Of a DNA stretch of 64,000 nt, positions 23,801-35,771 are shown in pieces (position 1 is the first letter of the stretch; each line of letters opens with the position of its first letter). Position numbers and translations under genes: made by a program. The stretch is from NCBI GenBank assembly GCA_036172245.1, contig JAYWIR010000060.1, forward strand, positions 496,001 through 560,000. Direction: 5' to 3'. Source of the DNA: Raillietiella orientalis. Its lineage: Eukaryota. The notes beneath the pieces were generated by a model. It saw only the letters and a program-made list of their open reading frames with translations. It did not search any database and had not been told where the DNA came from.

Positions 23801-26260
23801 TGGACAGGGAGGAAGGCAAAACCTGCTCGGAGGTGAACGGAGGTGACCCGACGCAGTCCCGACGAGAACAGTGGAGCTTGGAAAAGGGTTGGCTGGAGGA
23901 CCAGTGCCGTGGCGTCCTTACCTTTCCCGGATGTTTCCCCTAGAGGACATCCGGCGCACAATGGGTCGCAGAGCGCGTCGCGGGACCGCTGCGGGGGCCA
24001 GGTCGAAAGGAAAGACCCGTCGGGACAGCGACCGTTTCGTGCGCTTGGTCAGCCGCCAGCGCAGACGGAAAGTGTCGAACCCGAAATGACCCGAACGAAA
24101 GGAAAAGTCCCGACAAACCAGGAAAGCGCCACATACACACGGGAGAAAATAGACGGAGAAAGAGCTCGGAAGCAAGAGCGCGCCTTTCGGCGGGATTCTG
24201 GAGCTGCAGAGAAGACCTGCTTCCTTCTATCCAAACGGGAAGGTGCAGAAGGGAACGCGGGAAACTGTGAGCTGCTGGGGAGAAACGACAGCCACTCCCG
24301 TCCGCAGAGAAACGGGGGGTCACGGGGAAAAGCGAAGAGGCACGGATGCCCCCGGAGCCGCGGGCGCAGACGCCTGCTGGCGTCTACCTCCGCAGATCCG
24401 CTGCAGCACGTGGCTCCGTCGGCGCGTATCCGAGCCTTCCGGCTGTCCGGGAGTGTGGAAGATCGATCTCCAGCCATCCCGATCCGGGATCCAGGAAACC
24501 CGCAACGTCTCCGCTCGCCTCCTTCATTCTTCCCGAGGGCGGCGGCGGCACCTCGGGGCTCCCCCGCAGGTGGGCGCGTGTCGCCTGCCTGCACGACCGA
24601 TCCGCCTGCTTCGCGTGTGTCGTGCCCGACACGCAAGGTGCGCTCCTTCGCACCCGCTGCCCGTGGGCCTTCCACGGAGTTCTCCCGTGCGGATGGACGG
24701 TGTGACGCTGTACGCACGCGGCGATTTTCTTCCGCCTGCTGTCCGTCGCAGCGGATGCGCTTCTCCGCACGGCGGTGGCGTATCCGAACGGACGACGGCA
24801 AGGCCGCTCTTCCGCGGGACGGCGGAGCGCTTCCGCGACGCACCTCCTCGGCTTCCGACAATGACGCACGGCGCCAGCACGTCGAGGAGATTCGACACCG
24901 CAGAGGTCCGGGAGACGTCTCTCTTCATCGTTTTTGCGCGCCGGAGGGAAGCGCGGGTCGGGTTGCAGCAGCAAAAAACAGAAGGGGGACGGGCTGAGCG
25001 CGGTCGCTGTGGTTTGCGAAAGAAAGGCGGGTCGACGACCAGCCGGGGAGGGTGCTGCTGTTGAAACATCGGATGGAAGACAGGGAGGGTACTGCTGCTG
25101 CTGCCGACGTCGCAAGAAAGCCGCCCGCACCGGCCTGCGCCGTACTTCAACTGCGCAGTAAGCGCTTATTAGCCGGTCACGTGGATCACTTCCTGAGGGT
25201 GAGGCAGCTTCCCGGCCGACTTCTTTCTCACCTTCTCCCTTGAGGAATGCCGTTGTGTCGAAACAGAATACGACATTCCTGAGGACGAGGAGGGGTTTCA
25301 GCGCCAAGTGCGTCGCGTGCCAAGGCGTAGCGCACCACGCGCAGCTGCGGCGAGGAAGACCCGACAGCCGCGTTTCGAATCGTAAGGGCGCAGTAAGGAG
25401 GAGGGAATCCACAGAGCGTCCGTCCCTGGGGATGTCGAGGGACGGGCGGTTTGGGCGGACACTCGACAAACCTTGGCAGAGTCCTCGCTCCTTCGATTCG
25501 CACTTTTGGGGATGCGTGCGCGTTAGGGACACTGAAAGTTTACGCGCAACGGACAACGGGCAGGCCGAGACCTTCCCGGCGAACACAGAACACGCTGTGT
25601 GCCGAAGGCGTGGGAGGTAGATGCGTGGTACCCAGGAGCACCAGCAGCTGAGCGGATGGGTTGGCAGCATCACCCAACCCATCCGGCGTGGGTCTTGCAC
25701 TTGTGCAACGGGCCCTTCAGAAGCGCGTGCCTGTTCGCGGTACGAAACGAGAATTCGTAAGGCGCAAGAGGGCGCGGGGCCCACGAAGTCCAAGCCGGGT
25801 CCACGGTCACAGCAGTGTTGCGTTGACGGCATCGTGCACTGCGCCAGGAACACACACGGGGGTGCATCTGCACGTCTGGATGGACGAGGAATGTGCTCGG
25901 AGCAAACACGAGACGAAACGGTGGCCCATAATACGCGAAGCTGTCGGACAGTTTTGCCCGCTGCTGTCGGGGGTCAGGTGGGATACGGTCAGGATCCCCT
26001 TCGGTTCCGCAGGAGGCAGCGCCCAAGCGCGCGAGTCCTTTTCCGGGCTGCGTTGCGGACCGGGAATGCCCGTGGTCCCTCCCACACTTCCCGCGGTTCC
26101 TCGCGCGCGCAGCTGTCGCGAGCTGCTTGCGGCGGCATCTTCCTGTGCGTCACATCCGGATGCCCGCATGGCTCGCGCGCGCCGCCCGGCGTACGGCGCG
26201 CGAACCCGGGCCACGATCAGCTGCGTCGGGGCCAGAGCGGCTTCTGTGCACCGGCCGTGC

Positions 26261-26343
26261 CGCCAGCGGTGGACAACACCGCTGGCGAGCACGTGGCACG
26301 GCATGCCCGGTGTTGTCCACCGGGCATGCCGTGCCACGTGCTC
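26261..26343. repeat. Two adjacent perfect inverted repeats (11-bp and 26-bp stems, 5-nt loops)
   Basis: cgccagcggtg-gacaa-caccgctggcg (26261-26287) and gagcacgtggcacggcatgcccggtg-ttgtc-caccgggcatgccgtgccacgtgctc (26287-26343). Confidence 0.9.
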
Positions 26344-29300
26344 TCCAAGGACCACGGGAAGCCGTGTCGTCCCGGTCAGAAACTGCGAGCCGGTGACCAA
26401 ACTTGCTTCCAGGGTGCGTTTGCCTTCCGTGGAAAAATCCACCCTACGCAGCAGGGAAATGGGGACTTGAGTGGGCTGCAGGAACGCGACGCCCTGAGCT
26501 GCGTGAACTGGCGCGGAAGACGCCAGGAACGTGCGTTTCTGCGACACGCTCGCAGCGGATGCGGAAACCGGTAGTACAAACGGACCGTGACGTGACGTCT
26601 GACATCTTTGCGCGACGCGCTACATCCGCCTCGGATCCACCGTGTATTCGGGTAAGGCGCCCGGATGGTGTACGGCAGAGCGCGCGTACTATGTACACGC
26701 AGGCATTCCTCGCGCGTACCCACGTCGGTGTGCTTCCCGTGCCCTCCCGCCCCCGGAGAGCGGGTCCCGAAAAAAAAAACGAATGACGACTAGCAGAGAA
26801 TCCCAACGGCGCGCACGCTAGCGGATTTTTCCTTTTGGCCTCCCTCGGCGCGGTTGTGAGAGGTGCCTCGGGCGCCGCCGCATCTGCGCGCGTGGCGCAG
26901 AGGATTTCATTTCGAGGAGCGGCTGCCCAGGGGGCTCGCAATTACCGGCCGGGATGTGGCGCCTCCGCGACGAACGTCACGCGCCGCCTGCCTTCGTCGC
27001 CAGAGCGACCCCTCTCCTCGGCTCGGTCATTTCCGCGCCCACCCCGCGCTCCACCGGCAGCGCCGTGACGCACTTTCCGTTCGCGCCTTTCTTCGGGCGG
27101 AGGCGCCGCGAGAGAACTGACCGTGACGAGCGCGCGCGAAAAAGGGGGGGGGGAATGATGAGTTGCGGACTCGTGTAGCGACGAGGACCACCACCACCAC
27201 CATGCGAAGAGGACGGTGGCGTGTGCTTGCGCACGCGCGGGGGTTCCGGCTTCGATGCGAGCGAGGTTCCGTGGTCACCGACGGACGCCCCAGGGGCACA
27301 AGTGGGTGGGTGGGTGTGGCGCTGCGGAAGCAGATCCGCCAGTCCCGGGAACGACCCTGGAACGAGTCGCAACTGCTGGCGTCCTCCGACAACGACGACC
27401 CCACGAGCCCTTCGCCCCCGCGTGCCTCGCGCCGGCCTACTCCCTCTGCAGGGGAGGTGGAGCGAGGCCGGGCGACCGCAGGCGCCTTCTCCTCTCCCGC
27501 CCAGCCCGGTGGGAGAGGAGTCGGCCCCACCCCTCTCGGCGGCGGCACACTAGCCAGGGGGGCTCAGAGCGGCATGGACGCGCGCGCTCCGGAGGGGGGG
27601 AGAGGAGTGGCGCGGCGGCGATCGTTCCCCACCTCCGTCGACGTGTCCGGGGAGCACCCCGCCTCCGCAGGCATTCGTGAGCTTCGGCTCGCCCCACCGC
27701 AGCAGCAGCAGCGTCGGGGCGAAGCAGAGCGGCGAGGGCGGGCGTGCACGGAGGCGCGGGGAACGAGGCTGGCGAAGGGAAAGGAGAAGTCCGGGGGAGG
27801 ACCGGGGCTCCGCGGGGGGTGCGTTCGGACGCGGAAACTCTCCGGGCGCCGGCGGTGACCTTAGCTGCTGCGCGCGCGTGCAGGGCGAGCGAGCTTTTCG
27901 GTCCGCACCCAAGTCACGCACCCCGGGAACAGTGCGGTCCGTCTTCCTGGTCGCCATCTCCTTCTCCGCCATGTGAACGGTTTGGTGGCGCGGCGAAGCG
28001 GGGAAAACTTGCAACAGTTCCCCGTGAATGCAATTGGTCGACACGTACAAATGCACAGTGTTCACTGCATCTTCAGCATCCTGTCACGATTTTTTTTAAA
28101 AAAAAAAAAACAAACAAACATACACACACAAAAAAAACACGTACACGCACACACAAGTAAGAAAGAACGTTTTGGAGTTTGCCCCTCGGTCGTTCTTCCA
28201 AGCGCGCAGCTCCAGCAGCGCCGAACGGACTCCGTGGTGCCATCTGTGGGAGACTTCGGCAACACACGATTCTTATTTCCCTCCCCGCCCGAGGGAAACA
28301 TTGATCAATCAGATGGGGGAAGCCATTTCGTTCTCCGTTCCCAGGCAACGGCAAAGCGTGTGATTCAGCAGTGATCCGGGGCGGAGGCGAGAGTGGGAGA
28401 GCTGCTGGGGATGGGGAGATCTGTCTGCTTGCTGCCTTCGTGTCGTAGACGCAATCCGAGTAGTTGACTCAGCAACGCGGCCGAACGGCGGGCGGATGTT
28501 GCGAATTCCTCAGCCGTGCAGGAAGCCTCTCCGCTTTCCAGTCTGCAAGGAAGATCACTTGGAGCTGCTCCACTCGACAGCTGATGCGAAGTAGCCGGTG
28601 TGATGAAGGGCTCCTCCGCGATGGCACTACTCGGCCGTACCTGTTCGGTCGCAGCTTCGAGCGGTCCTCTTTCGTGACACCAAAAAAAGCCGGAAGGCGA
28701 ACACGCGCTTCAAGGCTGCAGCGGGCTGCGTGTAGTTGCGTGCCGCCGTCGTCTTTTTCGCCTTTTCGACTGCCGCCGCGCTGATCTCTCCTCCGCAGCG
28801 GCTCACGACGCATCTCGACGCCGCCCCCGGTACGAGACGCGACGGTGCGCGAAAGAGAGGGTGTGAAGGAAGAGGGGCGGCGGGTGGCCTGGCAACCGTG
28901 GGGTGGAGCGAAGGAAGTGAAAGATCTCTACCGGGAGCGCGCTGTCGTTCCGAGGGTGGCGCCCTCGCGGGGCAGCCCCGTCCCTGCGTCTGCATTTCGT
29001 CTTCCCCCGCGCTTCCCGCTCGGAACCGACGCGGGGAGGCGCGCCGATCGAGCGGATTTCACAGCTTCCCGGACATCCATCCACGCCCAAGAGGAAACGC
29101 GCAGCTTCCTTCGAACGCGATGGCGCGCGAGCAACACGCGCGCTCGGAGGAGAACTGCCGCCTAAAATGATGCGCGCGCACCTTCCCGCGCTCGAGACGT
29201 TTCCGTGACGCTTCTGATCCGAACGGGCCGAGCACGGAGAGCACCCGCGTGACCACCGCGCGTTGCCCGCGTCATCCGAACGGAGGGGGATATGCGCGCG

Positions 29301-32300
29301 AGCTCAACCCGAGACCGGGAGACGGGCGATTGCGGCCCCGAAGTCTCCTCTGCCGCCGCCCAGCGGTCCCCGCGCGTCCGGGCCCGAGGAACGCTGGTCG
29401 AAAGGCAGGCGCCCAGCAAATGGCGGCGGCGGCGGCGGCTCCGGGAGGGGTGCGGGCACCAGGCGCAAGGGCGAAGGTCTATCATCACCCCACCCGTCCC
29501 TTACGAAGAGTCGTTCAGCGGGTCTCGAGTTCCCGGCGCCGAAACGGTCCGCGTACTGCACCTTCCGGGACCCCAGGAACGGTCCGCAAACGCACGATGC
29601 ACGACCTCCCGACCCGGAAGAGGAGAAACGTCTCTTCCGCCGAGCCCTTTCCTCAGCGCGGGGGTGGTGGCTTTTTTTTTCTTAAGAATCCACCACCAGA
29701 CTGGCCGGGGGACCTCGGGCGGGAGGCAGAGTCAGTCCTCCAGCCGGAGAAGGAGGCTGCCGCTGCTGCCTGCAGCGCGAGGCTGGGGGGGGGGGGTCAG
29801 AAGTCGCCATCGAGGGACGAGGCGCGCTCCGCACCGCCGGTTGGGAGGGGGGAAGGGGTGTCGTCGGATCCTGGCCGCGACCGCACCACGGGAGGCGCCG
29901 CCGCGCGCGGGCTTGCCCCCGGCCTCTCCCGCGAGGGCCGCGTCGGCTGCGCCGCTCGACCCTGCCCCCTCCCTCCCGTTCGCTCCGACGGTTGAAAGGA
30001 CGTCGGCGGCGCCTTCCTGGAAGCGCGCGGGGATCCGTCCGGATGCGGCGGGGCATCGTAGGCGCCTCGCAACGAGCGCGCGCGCTCCCAAAGGCCATAA
30101 AATTCCGCGCCCCACGTGACTGCCGCATAAATCTCTCGCGCGGCGGAGTGCACTCCGCGCGCGCCGATTCTCACCTGCCGTCGCGCACGGCCCTGCCCGC
30201 TCGAAAGCGAAGTGCCTTTAATGGCTGCTGATGCTGTAAAGCCGAGCCGCGCGGATCCCATAAACCCCCTCCTCCCCATTCCTCCCCAAAACGGAACGAC
30301 CCGCATGCAACCGTCAGTTTTCCCTTATCTGTGCGTACGTATAACCCCGCGGGATGAATGCATTTCACTTCTCGCATGCGGAGCGCAAGAGATAAAGAGT
30401 CTGCAACCCCCTTCTCGGGTGAGCGTGTAGTAATTATCGCCTGCCGCATTAGGAATTCCGCTGACGGGCATCCCACAAACCGCCCGTGGCACGCGCGCCT
30501 CCTCCCGGCAAAGGGAACGCGGGCGTTCAGGCCACCGGCCGGACGTGCGTGCTTTTTTGCCTTTTGCGCTTTTCGCCGTGGATTTCACCGTCTCCCGAGC
30601 GAAGGACGCACGGGGTGGGCGTGGGGCCTCTTCCGAAAATTCGCATCCTTCCTCCGCGAGAGCCGAGCGGTGGTGGCGGCGGCGGGGGCGCACGCGCATC
30701 TCCCGTCGTTCCTTGCGGGGAATGCCGGGAAATTTTCGGACGGAAAGGCGCGCCGTTTCGTGCGCTCCGAGAAGAAGGGCGGCGCCGCTCGGGAGGCGCG
30801 CCAGCTTCCCCCGAAGCGCGTGTCAAACCAACGGGAATGGAAGCGGAAGCAGACGAATGGCCACCACCAAAGACCTCGAACGCGCGAGGTCAAGTCGTGA
30901 GGGAAGACATTTCGAATGCTGCTGCCGGTACAAACGAGAAATGCCAGACGCGGGACTCCTGAATATTCAAAGCGCAGGGGAAGCCAACCTCGTTGTTTCG
31001 CACCAATTGTGCGGTCACGTGATTCGCCGCCGCTCGCGACGGTGCTCTATGAGGTTTCCAGGCGTCCCGAGCTCGAACGCGTTTCTCAGCCACCACCGCT
31101 TGCACCCGGCTGCTGCGCGGATCCGCTCTTTCCGGGGTGGCCGCCGCGGCGATTTGTGGTGGGCGGCCGGCCGGCCCCCTCCTCCGCCGCTGATCCACAC
31201 GGGAGAGGCATCCGTGACTGCCGCCACCTGCATGCGCCCGACAAAGCACACGTTCGGAGGGAGGTGCGCGCGCTCATCACACCGCTTCCGGGGCAAGCCC
31301 TGTGGCAGAAGTGGAGCTGCGACTCGTTTCCGTCTGATGGCAGCGGCGGCGGACAGCCTGCGCCACCACGTCGCAGCAGCCAAACGGCCGGGGGCAGCAA
31401 AGCGTGGGCGTTGCTCGCCATCTTGCGAAGTCTGCGCCGAGCGTCCTGGAATGTTCCCCCCCCCTCCTCTCCCTGTGGCCAGGTGCAGCGCCGCTCGGCT
31501 CGTTCCGACACGGCCTGTTTCTCTCCCGGGCTGGAGGCCGATGCGGAATGGGGGGCAAAGCTTTGGAACCTACCTACCGTGTCTCAGCAGAGCCGCCGCG
31601 ACAAAGTGCTGGCGTGGGGCGTGTCAGTCCCGTTTTCCGGGCTCCCGGCACTGGGGATCTCCATGCTGCCGACGGGGAACGGCGGCGGCGATTTCAGCCT
31701 CGGCCGGCAGATGGCGCGCCGCTCGCGGGAGCCACCCGAGCACTTGCCAATCGCCTGCCGCGCCAGCGCTGCCATGTCGTAGAAGCGCGTTTTCATCCCA
31801 GGGCATCAAGAGGAGCGGGGCGGGAAATGATCGCGGACCGCCACCGGTGACCCCGAATTCTGGACCGGAATGCCTGCTGCTTATCTGTGGCAGGAGCGTT
31901 TCTTCCCCGAGGAAACGCGCTACTCCGCGCGCACCATTCCGGTGAGCGAGCGAGCAGCCCAATGGACCGATCGTGCGCTGGTGGCACGCAATGAGCAAAT
32001 CAGCGCGCGCATTACCGCGTGTTGCGGCGGCAAATCCGTGAGCGCGCGCGCGCCACACACACACGCACACAGCAGTGCAAGACCGCGGGGCCAGTGGTCC
32101 ATGGGGGTGAGATCACCAAAACCGGATCTTGGTGGAGGGGGGAGAGAGAGAAACGAGAACGCAGCAGGCAGGCAGAGTACAGGAAGCACGGTGGACACCG
32201 TCCAGAGCTACGAGACGAACGCAGGCATGTGCTGCTGCTGACACACAAAGATGACAGATTTTTTTTCCTCCCAGTTGCGATCTCTCTTTTTTTCTTTTTC

Positions 32301-33171
32301 CGCGCGCGCGTTTCGCATTCGGTGATTCGAGCGTGACGTGGAAGTCGTCGTCGGGGATTTGATCGCCTGTCGATTTCGCTGATTCATCGCACCTGTATTC
32401 CCCCCCCCCCCCCGAGCTCCCAAGAGCTCCGGGAAGCTGGGGGGGGGGGGGAGGAAGCGGCTCGGGGAGGGCGGGCCGCGAAGGAGGAAAAAAAAAAAAA
32501 GAAAAAAAGAGCCCGTCGCCGCCGCCAAGCGTGGACTTCAGCAGGCGAGCGTTCCCCGAACACACACGGATGGAATGGATTCCTGGCCGCAGATTCGAAA
32601 ATCAATTGCACAGCATCTCGGTTGCAGCGGCAGCCAACAGATGAGCATCATCCAGAAGGGTACTCGCCTTCCGTAGCCGCCGCCCCTGAAAAGGACCAGC
32701 AAGAAGCAGCAGCCAATGGGATCCACTCGTCGGCACCTGACCACTTGGTGGAAAATCGCGAAGCAGCGAGTCGCGCACGCGCGGAATTTTCCCCGAGGGC
32801 TGTGAGAGACGCCACGCGCCTGCGTACGAGGAGGGACCGTATGCCCCCCGCCCGCCTCTTCTTGAGCGCCCACCTCTCCTCACCAAAACGACGGCCTTTA
32901 CCAGTAGGGAATCTTTTAGCGAAGAAGGGGCGAAGGGCCTCCTCCACCGAAGGGTCTTCTCGACGCGATCACTCAACCCGTGACTTTCCCCTCCGCGGCG
33001 CGAACTTTCGCGGTCAGCGGAGGCACAGTCCAAGTTGTTGTCAGGTGTGGGGGCGTCAAAGGCCTGAAGGTTAAGTTCAGAAGCTCTGCTCCCTGAGCCT
33101 CATCTGCGCTCCTTAGGTTTCGTCGTCAAAACGGTTCGGCATTGTTCTGACTGTCCCCTTGGCAACCGTTT

Positions 33172-33198
33172 AGCAGCAGCAGCAGCAGCAGCAGCAGC
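33172..33198. repeat. (AGC)9 microsatellite
   Basis: Seen directly. Confidence 0.9.
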
Positions 33199-34839
33199 GG
33201 GAAGACGCGTGAGAAGTGCCGCGTTCCAGGTGCGCTTCCATGGATCTTGGGAACCTGGGAGGATCTGGAACGGAAGGTCGTAACGCACGCCGGGAGTGCG
33301 TCCTCCTCGAGACCTCGAGCGAAGCGTCTCCTCCCGGGTTGCTTGCCGCGGGCGACGCTCTCCTCGCGGCAACTTTTCGGCGGGACCCGGTCGGTAGCCA
33401 TCGCCCTCCGCGGCGCGCAGTGCCCAACAACGCAGGCGGAGCCACGCGCCGCGGGTGCGCGGTCGGACGACACCGAGCATCGACTGAATCCTTGACGCCC
33501 CATCCCACGCGCGAGTGGAAACGGAAGTCACCTTCCGCGGATGTCCTTCGCGACGTGGGGATCAGCTGTGACGCGAAAAGGCGCCACCGGCTGAACAGTC
33601 CGATCCCTGCGCTTCCTTCCTGACGACCCACGCTGGATGGGCGGGGGGGCTGCTCCGGGAAAACAGATGAAAAACTCGCCCAGTTTTCTTCTCCCGATCC
33701 CTTTGTCCGTCTCGAGGAGGGCCCGAGAGACGTCGGACGCCCGGCTAAGTGGGCCCACGGTTCCGCTCGCACACTCAGTTGCGCGACAAACACCGAATAA
33801 CCCATCCGTGAACTTTCAAGGTCCCATGCGGAAACGCACCCCAAATTAGCTGCAGGCGCAGGCGCTCCGATTTTGCAAGATGACACGGGAGTTCCGGGAA
33901 AAAGAGGTCACAGAATCACTGCCGTGTGACAGGTAGGTTGGCTTTAGATCCGAGAAGCACCGGACCAGAATCCCTCGCCGTTTGGGTGCGCTCGGAAAAC
34001 GGCGACGCCGGCGCCTCCAGCACAAAGCGTCCCCGCACGCGTGTGACACCTGAGACCACCCTTCTGCCCGCTTTTCCTTTTTCGGAAGAGCAAGAGCTGC
34101 GGATGCGCCGGAACGCGCTCCGAAGGTGGTCACGCTTCTGGCCCGCATTCGCCGGGCCATCCCATACGCTCGACACGGGAGGTGCCTTCCCAAGAACGCG
34201 GCGAGGAAGAACGGGAAGAAAGGTCCGCAGCGCCGTGGGCTGGAGCCACGAAGGGGTGGGGCGTTTCCCAGGAGGGCACGAGCAGCTCCCCGAGACAAAG
34301 GCAAAGGACCAAACCGATTGGGACGTGAGCGCCAGGAGGCGGTCGGCGACTCGCTGGCTCTGGCCGGCGGGAGGGGGGGGGGGGCCAAAAGAAGCACCTG
34401 CGTTAGTCGATGGGCGCGCTTGCAGCCTCCCCCGAAGACCAGTTCGCTGCATCGCCTTTCCCGCGGCTCGGACAAGCGCGCGCATCTGTTTGGGATGCTG
34501 AAAGCTGGGTGCAAACTTCCCCGCGGGGTGTGCGCGCCGACCCCCGGTCAGGGCAGAGGGGATCGACACGGCCGATGGCGGCGGTGTCGGAGCAGCAACG
34601 CAACCAAGGGCAAGAAAAAGCGCTACCGGCTGGCCGCCCGAACCGATCCCCTGGATGCTGTGAGATGCAGCAGCGACGCACCATGCCAACCGCCTCGAAA
34701 CGCGCGTGCGTGCGCCCTGTGCTCTGGGTGCGCCCACGCGGCACTGTAGCGCAGCATCAAGAAAAAGGGAAAAAAGGGCGGCCTTTTTGGGCAAAGCGGC
34801 GATAGCCATGAAGCCAAAACATTCCATTAAAATAAAATC

Positions 34840-34845
34840 TTTATT
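34840..34845 (-). terminator. Probable polyadenylation signal of Graf (AATAAA)
   Basis: Minus-strand AATAAA ~110 nt downstream of the stop at 34954. Confidence 0.55.
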
Positions 34846-34953
34846 GCTGTTGTCTCTATATACGTACGTATGTATAGCATATATATGTATGTATAGCATA
34901 TCACAAGGTAGAGAGATTCAAGGTAACCCGGAATGTTCAAGCGTTGGACGGAC

Positions 34954-35771
34954 TTACGGCAAATATTCGACATAATTCTCTGGGATCAATCCTGAACGTC
35001 CGTTTAACGTACCGGTCAACCACCGGGGCACGTGCGAAGGTCGTACTGCGGCACCAAGGATGAGGCAATAAGGTCAAGTGGTCCTTACCGTTCGTAATGA
35101 TCTGGTTCGGATCGAAGGAGAGCTCGGAGTTCGTTTCGGCGGTACACGAGTACAACGTTCGCACTCTAAGAGGGGGGAGGGGGGCATTGCAAATTAATGG
35201 GGCGCCCCAGGCAAAAAAGGTCGGGGCACCGTGTTAGTACTCGACAAGTCCACCAGCGAGGAGGAGACGGTGAAACGGAGGCGGGCCAGCAGGAGGAAAG
35301 GAGGAGGAACCCAGCAGTTACGCATACTGCGCGCTGCGCCCGTGGCTCGTCCCCCTCCCCCTCAACCGTGGAAGGGGGGAGGGGGGGTTATCGGGGAAGC
35401 AGGAAGGTGGCGGGGTAGGAGGAGGGAGAGTGCTTACGCGGACAGGGTGGTGTCCGGCGCGCAGCACTTACTTTTGCGACCGATAGCTCGGTGCGTAACT
35501 GTGATCTGGATGAAAGCGGGAGGAGAGAGGGGACGGATGGCTGTTCTGGGACGAGTTCTCGTCGTCGTTGGCGACGAAAGCGTGGGGGGGCAGGTCCCCC
35601 GGCTCGCCGTGCCGCTCCAGGACGACCTTGCTCGGGCTGACGTTGTACGACGTCACGATGGCCTAGCGACAGTCACGTGGCAACCCGGTTCGGAAAGATT
35701 CTCACGTGGACGAGGGGGTCCGAGTGGCCGATCTTCCTGGGCACCTCCGCTGGCGGAAGCTCGCTCCAGAT
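34954..35771 (-). CDS. Graf: Graf coding exons 12-15 (linker and SH3 domain)
   Basis: IWSELPP...PLVH|AIVTSYNV...YRSQ|KVRTLYSCTAETNSELSFDPNQIITN|VRPSHVPRWLTGTLNGRSGLIPENYVEYLP*; linker exons are less certain than the SH3 exons. Confidence 0.85.

Noticed and set aside
23843..31945. Several 300-490 aa ORFs (23843-24997, 24384-25853, 25621-26574, 30545-31945)
   Set aside because: Same GC-driven composition; no conserved motifs or clear exon boundaries
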